Positions 55,862 to 63,821 are shown, counted from the stretch's first letter. The stretch is 64,000 nucleotides of DNA from a virus (IMGVR_UViG_3300024348_000010); one strand, 5' to 3'. Notes: generated by a model not told the origin, from the sequence alone. Numbers and translations: made by a program.

Positions 55862-56380
55862 TTAGAACCTTACGCCTACACCAACCAATGCACCATGACG
55901 GCCAACTGCACCAGCAAAGTCGGTGAAGCGGTATTCTACCTTAGTGAAAACTGGTCCCGCAAGTCTGGCTTCAAGACCGCCACCGACAGTCACACCGTCG
56001 AGGTTAGGTGCATTGCGACAAACTGCTGGACGATTTCCAGCGGCAGGTGTGCAAGTTTGAGGACGCTCAAGATCGGTATAACCTACACGACCATAAGCAA
56101 GAACATTCTTATTAAGTGCATAACCAAGACGAGCAGCAGCTCCAAGATCAGCGCGTTCAAAAACATTCGCAGCGGTGGCTTCTACGCCAATAACAACCTT
56201 ACCAAATTGTAGGTCATAACCAAGAGCAGCACCATATGCAACATCGGTAGTGTCTACACCGCCAGTTACATCGTCTAGGCCTGCAGTAACTTCTGCGCGT
56301 ACACCAGCAAAATCATTTGCCATGGCTGGAGTAGCTACAAACGCAGCTGCGACAGCAAGAGAAGCGAGATACTTTTTCAT
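55862..56380 (-). CDS. outer-membrane beta-barrel protein (OmpA-like_b-brl / Omp25-Omp31 family-like)
   Basis: Signal peptide MKKYLASLAVAAAFVATPAMA. Alternating amphipathic beta strands and C-terminal ...VGVRF. GC content visibly above the window average. Confidence 0.6.
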   Translation of the reverse strand: MKKYLASLAVAAAFVATPAMANDFAGVRAEVTAGLDDVTGGVDTTDVAYGAALGYDLQFGKVVIGVEATAANVFERADLGAAARLGYALNKNVLAYGRVGYTDLERPQTCTPAAGNRPAVCRNAPNLDGVTVGGGLEARLAGPVFTKVEYRFTDFAGAVGRHGALVGVGVRF

Positions 56381-56488
56381 ACATTTACACCTTTTGTTGT
56401 TGTTGTGGTGGGCAGTTATCACATCATACCCAGGATGTACGGACTTACGGAGACCAGCTTTACCTGTAAAGATATCCCGCCGTATAAC

Positions 56489-56563
56489 TGGCTCCCTAAG
56501 AAGGATTCGAACCTCCGACCAATTGATTAACAGTCAACTGCGCTACCGCTGCGCCATTAGGGA
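56489..56563 (-). tRNA. tRNA-Asn (GTT)
   Basis: Cloverleaf parsed by hand. Anticodon loop CTGTTAA, T-loop GGTTCGAATCC, CCA encoded. Confidence 0.8.
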
Positions 56564-56570
56564 ATAAACT

Positions 56571-56762
56571 TTATTTTAACTCTTTTAATTCTTGATTGAT
56601 ATACAACTTAGCCGCATCCATGATGGTGCGAATCGCTGCTTTCTCGGCAGGAGTTGCACCTATTCCTTGAACGTAAAGATTGGCATTAATCGATTGTTCA
56701 CCTGGACCATTATCCTCATCGAGAACATGTTCGCTGATATGCAGTTCAACTTTCTTAATCAT
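56571..56762 (-). CDS. hypothetical small protein
   Basis: 63 aa. Confidence 0.35.
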   Translation of the reverse strand: MIKKVELHISEHVLDEDNGPGEQSINANLYVQGIGATPAEKAAIRTIMDAAKLYINQELKELK

Positions 56763-56777
56763 ATTATATATTCCTTA

Positions 56778-57041
56778 TTATATGCTGTTGCTATCTTTAT
56801 TCATTGACATCTGATCAAGCACTCGCTGTTCTTCTTTCAAGCGAGCAGCTTTCGCAGTAGGCGTTTCGATCTTCTTTGCGTTATGCATATCGCGTTCTTC
56901 GGGTGACATCTTGCTTGTCATATCAAGAATGATATTAAACAACCGATTAAACTCAGAAGAGTTAGGAAAGTAACGTTGAACTGATGCGAAACGATTTTCA
57001 GCCATAGTCAAATAATCAGAATTAGTCATTATAATCTCCAT
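56778..57041 (-). CDS. hypothetical protein
   Basis: 87 aa. Confidence 0.4.
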   Translation of the reverse strand: MEIIMTNSDYLTMAENRFASVQRYFPNSSEFNRLFNIILDMTSKMSPEERDMHNAKKIETPTAKAARLKEEQRVLDQMSMNKDSNSI

Positions 57042-57110
57042 TTCTTATTATTCAATCTACAACATAATGCATAATTTGTACACCAAAAAACGCACTCGGC
57101 TAAAAATAAA

Positions 57111-57187
57111 TGGTGCCCTCGGTAGGATTCGAGCCTACAACCGTTTGATTCGTAATCAAGTGCTCTATCCAGTTGAGCTACGAGGGC
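57111..57187 (-). tRNA. tRNA-Arg (ACG)
   Basis: Hand-folded. Anticodon loop TTACGAA, CCA encoded. Confidence 0.75.
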
Positions 57188-57188
57188 A

Positions 57189-57263
57189 TGGTACCCGATG
57201 ACGGGATTGAACCGCCGACCTTATCCGTGTAAAGGATCTGCTCTACCGCTGAGCTAATCGGGC
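57189..57263 (-). tRNA. tRNA-Val (TAC)
   Basis: Anticodon loop TTTACAC, G1-U72, CCA encoded. Confidence 0.75.
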
Positions 57264-57271
57264 ATTAAACT

Positions 57272-57353
57272 TGGTACTCCAAGAGGGACTCGAACCCCCA
57301 CGCTTGCGCACTAGTTCCTAAGACTAGCGTGTCTACCATTCCACCATTGGAGC
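57272..57353 (-). tRNA. tRNA-Leu (TAG), class II
   Basis: Anticodon loop CTTAGGA, long variable arm GCGCAAGCGT. Confidence 0.75.
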
Positions 57354-57354
57354 A

Positions 57355-57430
57355 TGGTGCCTTCGGACGGATTCGAACCGCCGACACGTGGTACTTCAAA
57401 CCACTGCTCTACCAACTGAGCTACAAAGGC
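57355..57430 (-). tRNA. tRNA-Phe (GAA)
   Basis: Anticodon loop TTGAAGT, D-arm GCTCAGTTGGTAGAGC. Confidence 0.8.
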
Positions 57431-57551
57431 GAGTGGCTTCCTAAGTGTGCCTTGATACATTACGTCCGGACGCTGTATCTTCCCATGTGAAGAAATGTAT
57501 TGCAAATTATTTCCGCACAACTTCTCGGGGTTCAGCAGAGGAAGCCTACCT

Positions 57552-57627
57552 TGGTGGAGGATAGCGGGATCGAACCGCTCACCTTCTGAATGCAAATCAG
57601 ACGCTCTACCGAATGAGCTAATCCCCC
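57552..57627 (-). tRNA. tRNA-Ala (TGC)
   Basis: Anticodon loop TTTGCAT, G3-U70 pair present. Confidence 0.8.
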
Positions 57628-57633
57628 AATTTC

Positions 57634-57708
57634 TGGTGACACAGGATGGATTTGAACCATCGACCAACGGCGTATGAGACCGTCGCTCTACCGCTGAGCT
57701 ACCATGTC
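57634..57708 (-). tRNA. tRNA-Met (CAT)
   Basis: Anticodon loop CTCATAC. Could be elongator, initiator or Ile-lysidine type. Confidence 0.7.
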
Positions 57709-57714
57709 ATATTC

Positions 57715-57788
57715 TGGAGCGGGCTACGGGAATCGAACCCGTGTCGTCAGCTTGGAAGGCTAGCGTAATACCATTATACCAAGCCCGC
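57715..57788 (-). tRNA. tRNA-Gly (TCC)
   Basis: Anticodon loop CTTCCAA. Similar to bacterial tRNA-Gly(UCC). Confidence 0.8.
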
Positions 57789-57795
57789 TTTATTC

Positions 57796-57871
57796 TGGTG
57801 CCCCCACGACGACTCGAACGCCGGGCCTACGCATTACAAGTGCGTCGCTCTACCAACTGAGCTATAAGGGC
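57796..57871 (-). tRNA. tRNA-Thr (TGT)
   Basis: Anticodon loop CTTGTAA. Confidence 0.8.
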
Positions 57872-57877
57872 AATAAG

Positions 57878-57955
57878 TGGTCGGGAATGTAGGATTCGAA
57901 CCTACGACCTCCTGCTCCCAAAGCAGGCGCGCTGACCAGACTGTGCTAATCCCCG
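57878..57955 (-). tRNA. tRNA-Pro (TGG)
   Basis: Anticodon loop TTTGGGA. C1-G72 as typical for Pro. Confidence 0.8.
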
Positions 57956-58003
57956 TTATAGTATTCTATATATACATTCTAAATTAAAGTACACAAAAAA
58001 ATT

Positions 58004-58079
58004 TGGATGCCCCTCCAGGGCTCGAACCTGGACTTTTCGGAATCAAAATCCGACGTGTTGCCAATTACACCAAGGGGCA
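58004..58079 (-). tRNA. tRNA-Gln (TTG)
   Basis: Anticodon loop TTTTGAT. U1-A72 as typical for Gln. Confidence 0.8.
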
Positions 58080-58291
58080 GTGGTGGGTGACTGTGGTTAC
58101 GCTCCACTCCCTTTACGGATCGGTTTTACAGACCGACTGCCGAAACTATCGACTTTAATCACCCTTATTCTATACACCCTATCGGTTAACCCCATTGATC
58201 TTTGCGGTAAGGAATCCGATATTCGCCAGCGTTCCCCGTCTGTTAGTCTGGCATAGGTCTCTCCGGTAGGTTCTAGAATACCGGATAATTC

Positions 58292-58367
58292 TGGTAGACC
58301 ATGTAGGATTCGAACCTACGACCTAAGGATTAAGAGTCCCGCGCTCTACCAACTGAGCTAATGGTCC
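58292..58367 (-). tRNA. tRNA-Lys (CTT)
   Basis: Anticodon loop CTCTTAA. Confidence 0.7.
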
Positions 58368-58524
58368 ATAAAATTAAAACTGATACATTACCCAAAAGTA
58401 TGCTATTGCACCACTAGACCAAGTCACTTTACTACCTCTGTACTTTTTGTTCGGTACGAGAGGGGACTCTGGTAATGGAAGTAAAATCCAATCTTCGTAT
58501 TTCATAATATACTCTTTCAAAAAC

Positions 58525-58600
58525 TGGTGGACGATCTGGGGCTCGAACCCAGGACACACAGGTTAAAAGCCCGTTGCTCTACCTACTGAGCTAATCGTCC
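58525..58600 (-). tRNA. tRNA-Lys (TTT)
   Basis: Anticodon loop CTTTTAA. Confidence 0.8.
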
Positions 58601-58608
58601 GTTAAAAT

Positions 58609-58875
58609 TTAACCGATGTAGATCCGATACTCATCGGAATCTACAGGTGCACCGAGCGTCCGACGCTCGACGTAGTAACGCTGGATGAACCGATCGCCAT
58701 CACGAGTGTACACACCGTGGGCAGTCCGTGCTTCATCTTCCGACGCATACACGCCAAGGAGCACCGAACCTTCGTAATCCCATTCACCTAATAATGCAAA
58801 TATTTCCATATCACATCTCCATAATTTCAAAACGAGCATCAAATGCATTATCCAATGCTGCCACAAATTCATCAT
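58609..58875 (-). CDS. hypothetical small protein (GC-rich)
   Basis: 88-aa ORF inside the tRNA array. Start uncertain. Confidence 0.3.
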   Translation of the reverse strand: MMNLWQHWIMHLMLVLKLWRCDMEIFALLGEWDYEGSVLLGVYASEDEARTAHGVYTRDGDRFIQRYYVERRTLGAPVDSDEYRIYIG

Positions 58876-59037
58876 AATCAGCGCCTGCTTCTTCGCAGGC
58901 TTTACGCATCAACCGAACCATGTCGGCAATCATTTCTTCGCGGTTGAGAATCATAACAATTTCCTTTAGCTTATTATTCATATTACCAAAGATATGATAA
59001 AATGTACACTAAAAAATGCACGGTATGAAAAATAATT

Positions 59038-59115
59038 TGGTAGGGGTAGTGGGACTCGAACCCACACTGTGCGAATTTTAAGTCCGCTGACTCTAACCAA
59101 TTGGCCTATACCCCC
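59038..59115 (-). tRNA. tRNA with anticodon TAA (Leu-UUA reader), atypical class-I-like architecture
   Basis: Anticodon stem GCGGA/TTCGC, loop CTTAAAA, A73, but only a 5-nt variable loop and a long D-loop. Confidence 0.55.
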
Positions 59116-59116
59116 A

Positions 59117-59192
59117 TGGGGTGATCGACGGGTATCGAGCCCGCAACTCCGGTATCACAAACCGGCATGTATCCATTAACACCTCGACCACC
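59117..59192 (-). tRNA. tRNA-His (GTG)
   Basis: Anticodon loop TTGTGAT. Extra G-1 pairing with C73 (His hallmark). T-loop CTCGATA is unusual. Confidence 0.8.
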
Positions 59193-59462
59193 ATAAACTG
59201 TTTGATTAGACCCCGCCGGGATTGCCCAGCACCTCACGACATCCGCTACGCAGACACCGTCTAATCACGCCCTAGCGTTACCCTCAACTTGGTGTGGAAC
59301 AGTCCCCGCTGCTCTGTATTACTGTTTGCTCGATGGGGTTACATGAGGTCGGCCTCATCTCTTTTCTATGCAAACAAACCACGTAAACTGGCGGAGTTGC
59401 CAATCGCAGAAAGACACCCTCTCTTGTTATCGATCGACCATTAACGTGTCCACGACTCCATA

Positions 59463-59551
59463 TGGCGGAACGTCAGGGAATCGAACCCTGTCAACCCATT
59501 ACAGGTTGTACGCATTAGCAGTGCGTTGCATTACCGTCCTGCCCACGTTCC
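59463..59551 (-). tRNA. tRNA-Ser (GCT), class II
   Basis: Anticodon loop CTGCTAA, long variable arm, G73. Confidence 0.8.
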
Positions 59552-59703
59552 GTATATAATCTATTCCATCGATTTTTAGCGCCAAAGAGCTTTGCTTTGG
59601 CTAATTCGATATCTCTTTCTGCCATCACAATTTTGGCAGCCAATTTAGATTGCTCGCCGTTCATATGTTTTGGTATCACAAAATTCATAATATACTCCAA
59701 ACT

Positions 59704-59778
59704 TGGTAGCCCGAACGGGTTTCGATCCCGCTTCTCTGCCTTGAAAGGGCAGTGTCCTAGCCACTAGACGACCGGGCC
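59704..59778 (-). tRNA. tRNA-Glu (TTC)
   Basis: Anticodon loop CTTTCAA. D-arm GTCTAGTGGCTAGGAC like bacterial tRNA-Glu. Confidence 0.75.
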
Positions 59779-59779
59779 A

Positions 59780-59854
59780 TGGAGCGGAAGAGCGGATTCG
59801 AACCGCCGACCATCTCGTTGGCAACGAGAAGCTCTACCACTGAGCTACTTCCGC
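59780..59854 (-). tRNA. tRNA-Gly (GCC)
   Basis: Anticodon loop TTGCCAA. Confidence 0.8.
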
Positions 59855-59862
59855 ATTAAAAT

Positions 59863-59948
59863 TGGAGGAGGGTGATGGCATCGAACCATTTACCTTTCGG
59901 TAACTACAGTTTTCAAGACTGTGTGAGGAGCCAACCTCAGCACCCTCC
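59863..59948 (-). tRNA. tRNA-Ser (TGA), class II
   Basis: Anticodon loop CTTGAAA, long variable arm AGTTACCGAAAGGTAA, perfect acceptor GGAGGGT/ACCCTCC. Confidence 0.75.
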
Positions 59949-59950
59949 AT

Positions 59951-60026
59951 TGGTGCGTCTAGTAGGCTCCGACCCTACGACCTCACGGTTATCAGCCGTG
60001 TGCTCTACCAACTGAGCTATAGACGC
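59951..60026 (-). tRNA. tRNA-Ile (GAT)
   Basis: Anticodon loop CTGATAA. T-loop GTCGGAG is atypical. Confidence 0.7.
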
Positions 60027-60050
60027 AAACAACAATGAGAAAGAACAAAC

Positions 60051-60125
60051 TGGCGAAGGTGCCAGGATTCGAACCCGGATCGCAAGGTTTTGGAGACCTG
60101 CATGTTACCGTTACAACACACCGAC
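60051..60125 (-). tRNA. tRNA-Trp (CCA) candidate, imperfect acceptor stem
   Basis: Anticodon loop CTCCAAA and good T-arm, but two mismatches in the acceptor stem (GTCGGTG/CACCTTC). May be degenerate. Confidence 0.45.
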
Positions 60126-60228
60126 ACAAATTGTTGTTCGCTTAGGTTTTTAGCAACGGATGCGAACCCCGCCTAGCTTGTTACTCGTACCATTCGGTTA
60201 TCAACAAGACCAACGTCTCCGAATGTAA

Positions 60229-60305
60229 TGGCGATCTAGAAGGGACTTGAACCCTCGACCTCTCGCGTGACAGGCGAGTGCTCTGACCGTCTGAGCTACT
60301 AGACC
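60229..60305 (-). tRNA. tRNA-Asp (GTC)
   Basis: Anticodon loop CTGTCAC, G73. First tRNA downstream of the TGTACATG element at 60349. Confidence 0.8.
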
Positions 60306-60344
60306 AATGAACTCTTATTTATACCCTTCTACACGATTCACGCT

Positions 60345-60365
60345 TAATTGTACATGTTTATTTTC
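60345..60365 (-). promoter_or_regulatory. TGTACATG element at head of a tRNA sub-cluster
   Basis: TTAATTGTACATGTTTATTTTC immediately upstream (minus sense) of tRNA-Asp. Confidence 0.45.
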
Positions 60366-60807
60366 AATTTAAATGACGTACAGCGTGATCAGCAGCATGA
60401 GTAGCAGCAAAAGCAGAAGGCTTGATCTTGGCATCCATACCAAGTGAACCTCTTACCCAACCAAGCGCTTCTTTGACAGCAACGTTTGACTTGTGATTTG
60501 GGTTTGGATTGATGTCCAAATGGATCTCGAAGTGACGATCGCCGATTACATCAATAATTTCTGTAGCGGTTGAGACAGCAAGCTGCACTTCCATTAGTAG
60601 ACGCTGCTTCAAGTTACCATAGTCAGGCATGTCGACTGAGGTGTGGAACAGTCGGCCGCCCTTCTTCGAATCCATATGGATAATTACCACAGTAGAATAC
60701 TTGGCATACCACTGTTTATTCTTTCGAAAACGAATTGAGTCACAGCCAATATAGATTGATGAACTCTGACTCGAATCGAGAATTGCTTGCTTTGCTTCTT
60801 CAATCAT
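60364..60807 (-). CDS. hypothetical protein
   Basis: 147 aa ORF between tRNA sub-clusters. Confidence 0.45.
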   Translation of the reverse strand: MIEEAKQAILDSSQSSSIYIGCDSIRFRKNKQWYAKYSTVVIIHMDSKKGGRLFHTSVDMPDYGNLKQRLLMEVQLAVSTATEIIDVIGDRHFEIHLDINPNPNHKSNVAVKEALGWVRGSLGMDAKIKPSAFAATHAADHAVRHLN

Positions 60808-60823
60808 ATTACGTACTCAAAAA

Positions 60824-60901
60824 TGGAGTCACGGGCGGGATTCGAACCCGCGGCTTTCAGGTTTTGCAGACCTGTGCATTGGACCACTCTGCCACCGTGA
60901 C
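60824..60901 (-). tRNA. tRNA-Cys (GCA)
   Basis: Perfect anticodon stem CAGGT/ACCTG, loop CTGCAAA, U73. Confidence 0.75.
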
Positions 60902-60905
60902 TTAA

Positions 60906-61214
60906 TTATGGATGCTTCCAAACAACCTTACGTTGTGCTTCGGCAATCTTCTTTTGTTCTTCATCGTGTCTGAAATGATTAATCAAACTATCATACTTAG
61001 TCATGGCAGCTTCTTTAGCAAGTTCCAAGGTTGGAAAGGTGCCGTGTTTCGTAAATGGAGTATGTGTATAGCGACTTATAAGATTCCAATTATCCATGAA
61101 CGACAAGAAACGATAGGGGCAGATTACATACTCTGCAATAAACCCAGCCTGCTCATTACCACGAACCCGTACTTTCACACCGTAAGGAACTTTCTCAAAC
61201 ATCACATTCTCCAT
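60906..61214 (-). CDS. hypothetical protein
   Basis: 102 aa. Confidence 0.4.
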   Translation of the reverse strand: MENVMFEKVPYGVKVRVRGNEQAGFIAEYVICPYRFLSFMDNWNLISRYTHTPFTKHGTFPTLELAKEAAMTKYDSLINHFRHDEEQKKIAEAQRKVVWKHP

Positions 61215-61306
61215 AATAAAAAACTGGTACTCCTGGTAGGGATCGAACCTACATCGTCGGCTAATCTGGCCGTCATGCCTTATAAGGACACCGCTCTACC
61301 ATTGAG
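61215..61306 (-). tRNA. atypical class-II-like tRNA with anticodon TAT (Ile-AUA reader?)
   Basis: Good acceptor (ACTCCTG/CAGGAGT), D-arm and T-arm. Anticodon loop CTTATAA. About 22-nt variable arm with its own hairpin (CGGC-CAGATTA-GCCG). Confidence 0.5.
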
Positions 61307-61951
61307 CTACAGGAGTATATTAAAACTATTACATTCCTCTAATGAGGGTATTATTTTTATATTACTATATTGTTTTAGTAATATATCTAATTTTTGTTTT
61401 TGTACATTAATAGCATGTGGGTTTTTTGGATCTAAGTATAAATCATATTCAGTTAAATAGAAATCTGCAAAATAATTGTGTATTACTCCGTCAGTATCTT
61501 TCCATTCAATTGGATCAGGTCTTATCCATTTTATGTTTAGATCATCTAAACGTTTGGCTAAAGCTAATTCCCAAGATGAATCTAATAAAATTCCTTTATA
61601 TTCTACAATACCTTTACGAAGTCTTCTATGTTTAGAAGCCAATGCTTTTTCTTTAATTTTCATCTTTGATGCGTCAGTATGCTTTTTACCTAAAAAAGTT
61701 TTATGATCTATATGATCGTATCTTCCAGATTCATGTAAAGCTTTAATTGACTTCGCAGCTTTTATACGGCTGTCTTTAGTAATACTAGATCTAGCTTTAT
61801 CCATATTGTTTGCATATTCAAATCTTTTAGGATTTGAATCACACCAACGCGAATGATTAGCCATCCAACCTTTTGGTTTATCTGAAACCTCAAAAGAGGA
61901 GTTACAATGTTTACATATTTTTAACACACTAGACACCTTATAATGGCGCAC
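61307..61951 (-). CDS. putative homing endonuclease-like protein (N-terminal Cys/His zinc finger), AT-rich insert in the tRNA array
   Basis: 214 aa. CKHC...WCDSN zinc-finger-like N-terminus. Markedly lower GC than neighbours. Flanked by tRNAs and a tRNA 5' fragment. Confidence 0.35.
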   Translation of the reverse strand: MRHYKVSSVLKICKHCNSSFEVSDKPKGWMANHSRWCDSNPKRFEYANNMDKARSSITKDSRIKAAKSIKALHESGRYDHIDHKTFLGKKHTDASKMKIKEKALASKHRRLRKGIVEYKGILLDSSWELALAKRLDDLNIKWIRPDPIEWKDTDGVIHNYFADFYLTEYDLYLDPKNPHAINVQKQKLDILLKQYSNIKIIPSLEECNSFNILL

Positions 61952-62019
61952 CTACCAGGACTCGAACCTGGACTAGAAGTTTAGAAGACTACTGTGATAT
62001 CCGGTTTCACTATAGGCGC
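61944..62019 (-). tRNA. tRNA-Arg (TCT)
   Basis: Acceptor GCGCCTA/TAGGTGC, D-arm GTGA...TCAC, anticodon loop CTTCTAA. Confidence 0.8.
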
Positions 62020-62039
62020 TTACTAGTATTTATAAAAAT

Positions 62040-62090
62040 ATTAAAGTTAGGCTCGCGCTCTATCCAGATGAGCTAACGGCGCATTAACTT
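62040..62090 (-). pseudogene. tRNA 5'-half fragment (acceptor + D-arm + 5' anticodon stem only)
   Basis: GCGCCGT-TA-GCTCATCTGGATAGAGC-G-CGAGC... with no matching 3' half nearby. Confidence 0.4.
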
Positions 62091-62305
62091 TAGGCGATAC
62101 GACCTATTCGATGAAGGAGGTTGGCTACCTGCGTCAACTCTGGAGAAAGCGAACGTTCGCTTTCCTCGATACGTGTAAGCATATCCTTGTAATAATGAAG
62201 AGCTCGCTTGAGCAACTCCATGTCTGCTGGTGCAAACGTACCACCTTTTGCTTCATTTGGCATTACTTCGACTCCAATAACCAGTTGTTGGCAGTATCCA
62301 TCCAA
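62090..62305 (-). CDS. hypothetical small protein
   Basis: 71 aa. Confidence 0.3.
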   Translation of the reverse strand: MDGYCQQLVIGVEVMPNEAKGGTFAPADMELLKRALHYYKDMLTRIEESERSLSPELTQVANLLHRIGRIA

Positions 62306-62455
62306 TCGAGTGCTTCGACTGGAAGAGATTCGCCTCTACGCTTTGCGTTCAGAAGATCACAGAATGTATCTTCTACAGCCTTCGGATTTTCCATTGTAGG
62401 AAATGTAAACAATTCAACTTCCATATTCACCTCCGTAGTATACTATATATTTAAT

Positions 62456-62791
62456 TCATCGCGCGGTGTAGTCATAAACAGTGAAATGAGTAGCATCGGC
62501 AATCAGACAATCTTGCATCGCGCGATGACGCGAACGAAGATAAGTAGTTTTATCTGGGCGAGACATTTCGCGGCCGACAGAAACGGTGCGAGGGCCACGA
62601 TAGCGAATACGGATAGTCGTATTGGCGGCACGATAGGCAGCACGGACTTCTTCGAGTTTTGCGATCGGAATCCAATAGGCTAGAACAGGGTAATAGCTAT
62701 CGGCAAGGCCTTCGGTAGGCGCAGCGAAGGTCGATTCGATTTGTTCAACGGTAAGAGTCATTATATATTTCCTTTCAACTGATAATATCAT
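62456..62791 (-). CDS. hypothetical protein
   Basis: 111 aa. Confidence 0.4.
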   Translation of the reverse strand: MILSVERKYIMTLTVEQIESTFAAPTEGLADSYYPVLAYWIPIAKLEEVRAAYRAANTTIRIRYRGPRTVSVGREMSRPDKTTYLRSRHRAMQDCLIADATHFTVYDYTAR

Positions 62792-62821
62792 CTTACACCG
62801 GTTTCTGATATTTGTACACCG

Positions 62822-63082
62822 TTAAATGAAAATATTTTCATAAACATGCCAAACAAAATCGCCCAACACGACCGTCGCGAGGTGATGCTCGTTGTTGTTA
62901 TAGATTTGCTGGCCAGTGCCATAAACGTTGAACTGACGTTGAGTCATCGGCCGAGTAGGATCTTGTTCGACCCACATTTGAATCTGACCGTGCTGCATGC
63001 CGATGTGAACAATTTCTGCTTCCAATGGAAGAGAGATGCCATTAAAACCAATAATTAGCGGATACTTATAGATAGTTCTCAT
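62822..63082 (-). CDS. hypothetical protein
   Basis: 86 aa. Confidence 0.4.
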   Translation of the reverse strand: MRTIYKYPLIIGFNGISLPLEAEIVHIGMQHGQIQMWVEQDPTRPMTQRQFNVYGTGQQIYNNNEHHLATVVLGDFVWHVYENIFI

Positions 63083-63408
63083 TTTCTTTCCTTATAATAT
63101 AAGAGCCACTTGGCTCGATCAACAACCCACTTATCAAACGGTAAATGTGTACCAGTTGCACCAGACCAGTCAGCAAAGGCCTCGTCATAGAAACCGATAT
63201 CTTTCCTCTGCTTCTGCAACTCGACTAACTCATCGGCCCATACTTGCCACTTATGGTCGTCGATAACGTTCTCATCCATCACATAGTAGAGATAGGAATG
63301 TATCAGCATCTGAGTACGACGCTGCCTGATCTTCTCAGACAGAGTCTGTATCTCATTGACCATCGGATCCTCGACAGGTGAAAAGAAGTCTTCGAGAGTG
63401 GCCATCAT
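63079..63408 (-). CDS. hypothetical protein
   Basis: 109 aa. Confidence 0.4.
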   Translation of the reverse strand: MMATLEDFFSPVEDPMVNEIQTLSEKIRQRRTQMLIHSYLYYVMDENVIDDHKWQVWADELVELQKQRKDIGFYDEAFADWSGATGTHLPFDKWVVDRAKWLLYYKERK

Positions 63409-63821
63409 TCAGACAACCACCGTGAGATCGATCCAAACTTGAGTTCGAAGCGATACTCGAGAATCTCGAGACCATAGAAATCGAACTCATCTTCGGAGAT
63501 ACCTTCGGCATCGGCGATGATTTCGATGGCACGCTCGCGAGTGGCACCTTCGACGATCTGCATCGTCTCTTCGACACGAGCAACAAACTCAACGAAGTTA
63601 CGAGCTTGCTCGACTTGCTGCTGCTCGAGCTGCTCGTCAAGCTTATTGCAGAGGAAGTCATAGTCATCTTGAAATTCTTCAAGATCACGAAACTGTGCGT
63701 AACGAGGACGGCTACCGTACACGTCCTTGTAAAGGTCCGAGTAGATGTCACCGTCCTTGGAGTTGGTGAGAGTGTTGATATCAGAGAGCGTAAGCATGTC
63801 AATATTTCCTTTCATCATCAT
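63405..63821 (-). CDS. hypothetical acidic protein
   Basis: Start placed at MMMKGN just downstream of a conserved promoter-like element. Confidence 0.4.
   Translation of the reverse strand: MMMKGNIDMLTLSDINTLTNSKDGDIYSDLYKDVYGSRPRYAQFRDLEEFQDDYDFLCNKLDEQLEQQQVEQARNFVEFVARVEETMQIVEGATRERAIEIIADAEGISEDEFDFYGLEILEYRFELKFGSISRWLSE

Noticed and set aside
58374-58559. 61-aa minus-strand ORF
   Set aside because: Overlaps tRNA-Lys(TTT) (58525..58600). Spurious.
59389-59459. tRNA-like element with GGAGTCG...CAACTCC-G-CCA ends
   Set aside because: Acceptor-like ends pair but there is no recognisable D/T-loop. Could be part of a stable RNA rather than a tRNA.
59515-59700. 61-aa minus-strand ORF and the 59368..59559 plus-strand ORF
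   Set aside because: Both overlap tRNA-Ser(GCT) and lie in an ORF-free structured spacer. Unlikely to be coding.
60130-60228. Possible additional tRNA between tRNA-Trp and tRNA-Asp
   Set aside because: A T-arm-like GGGGTTCGCATCC is present but I could not build an acceptor stem or CCA end. Left as spacer or possible pseudo-tRNA.
62040-62090. Prophage attachment site (tRNA fragment as attL/attR)
   Set aside because: No integrase, excisionase or repressor in the window, and the genome is T4-like and lytic. Endonuclease-mediated duplication is the more likely explanation.
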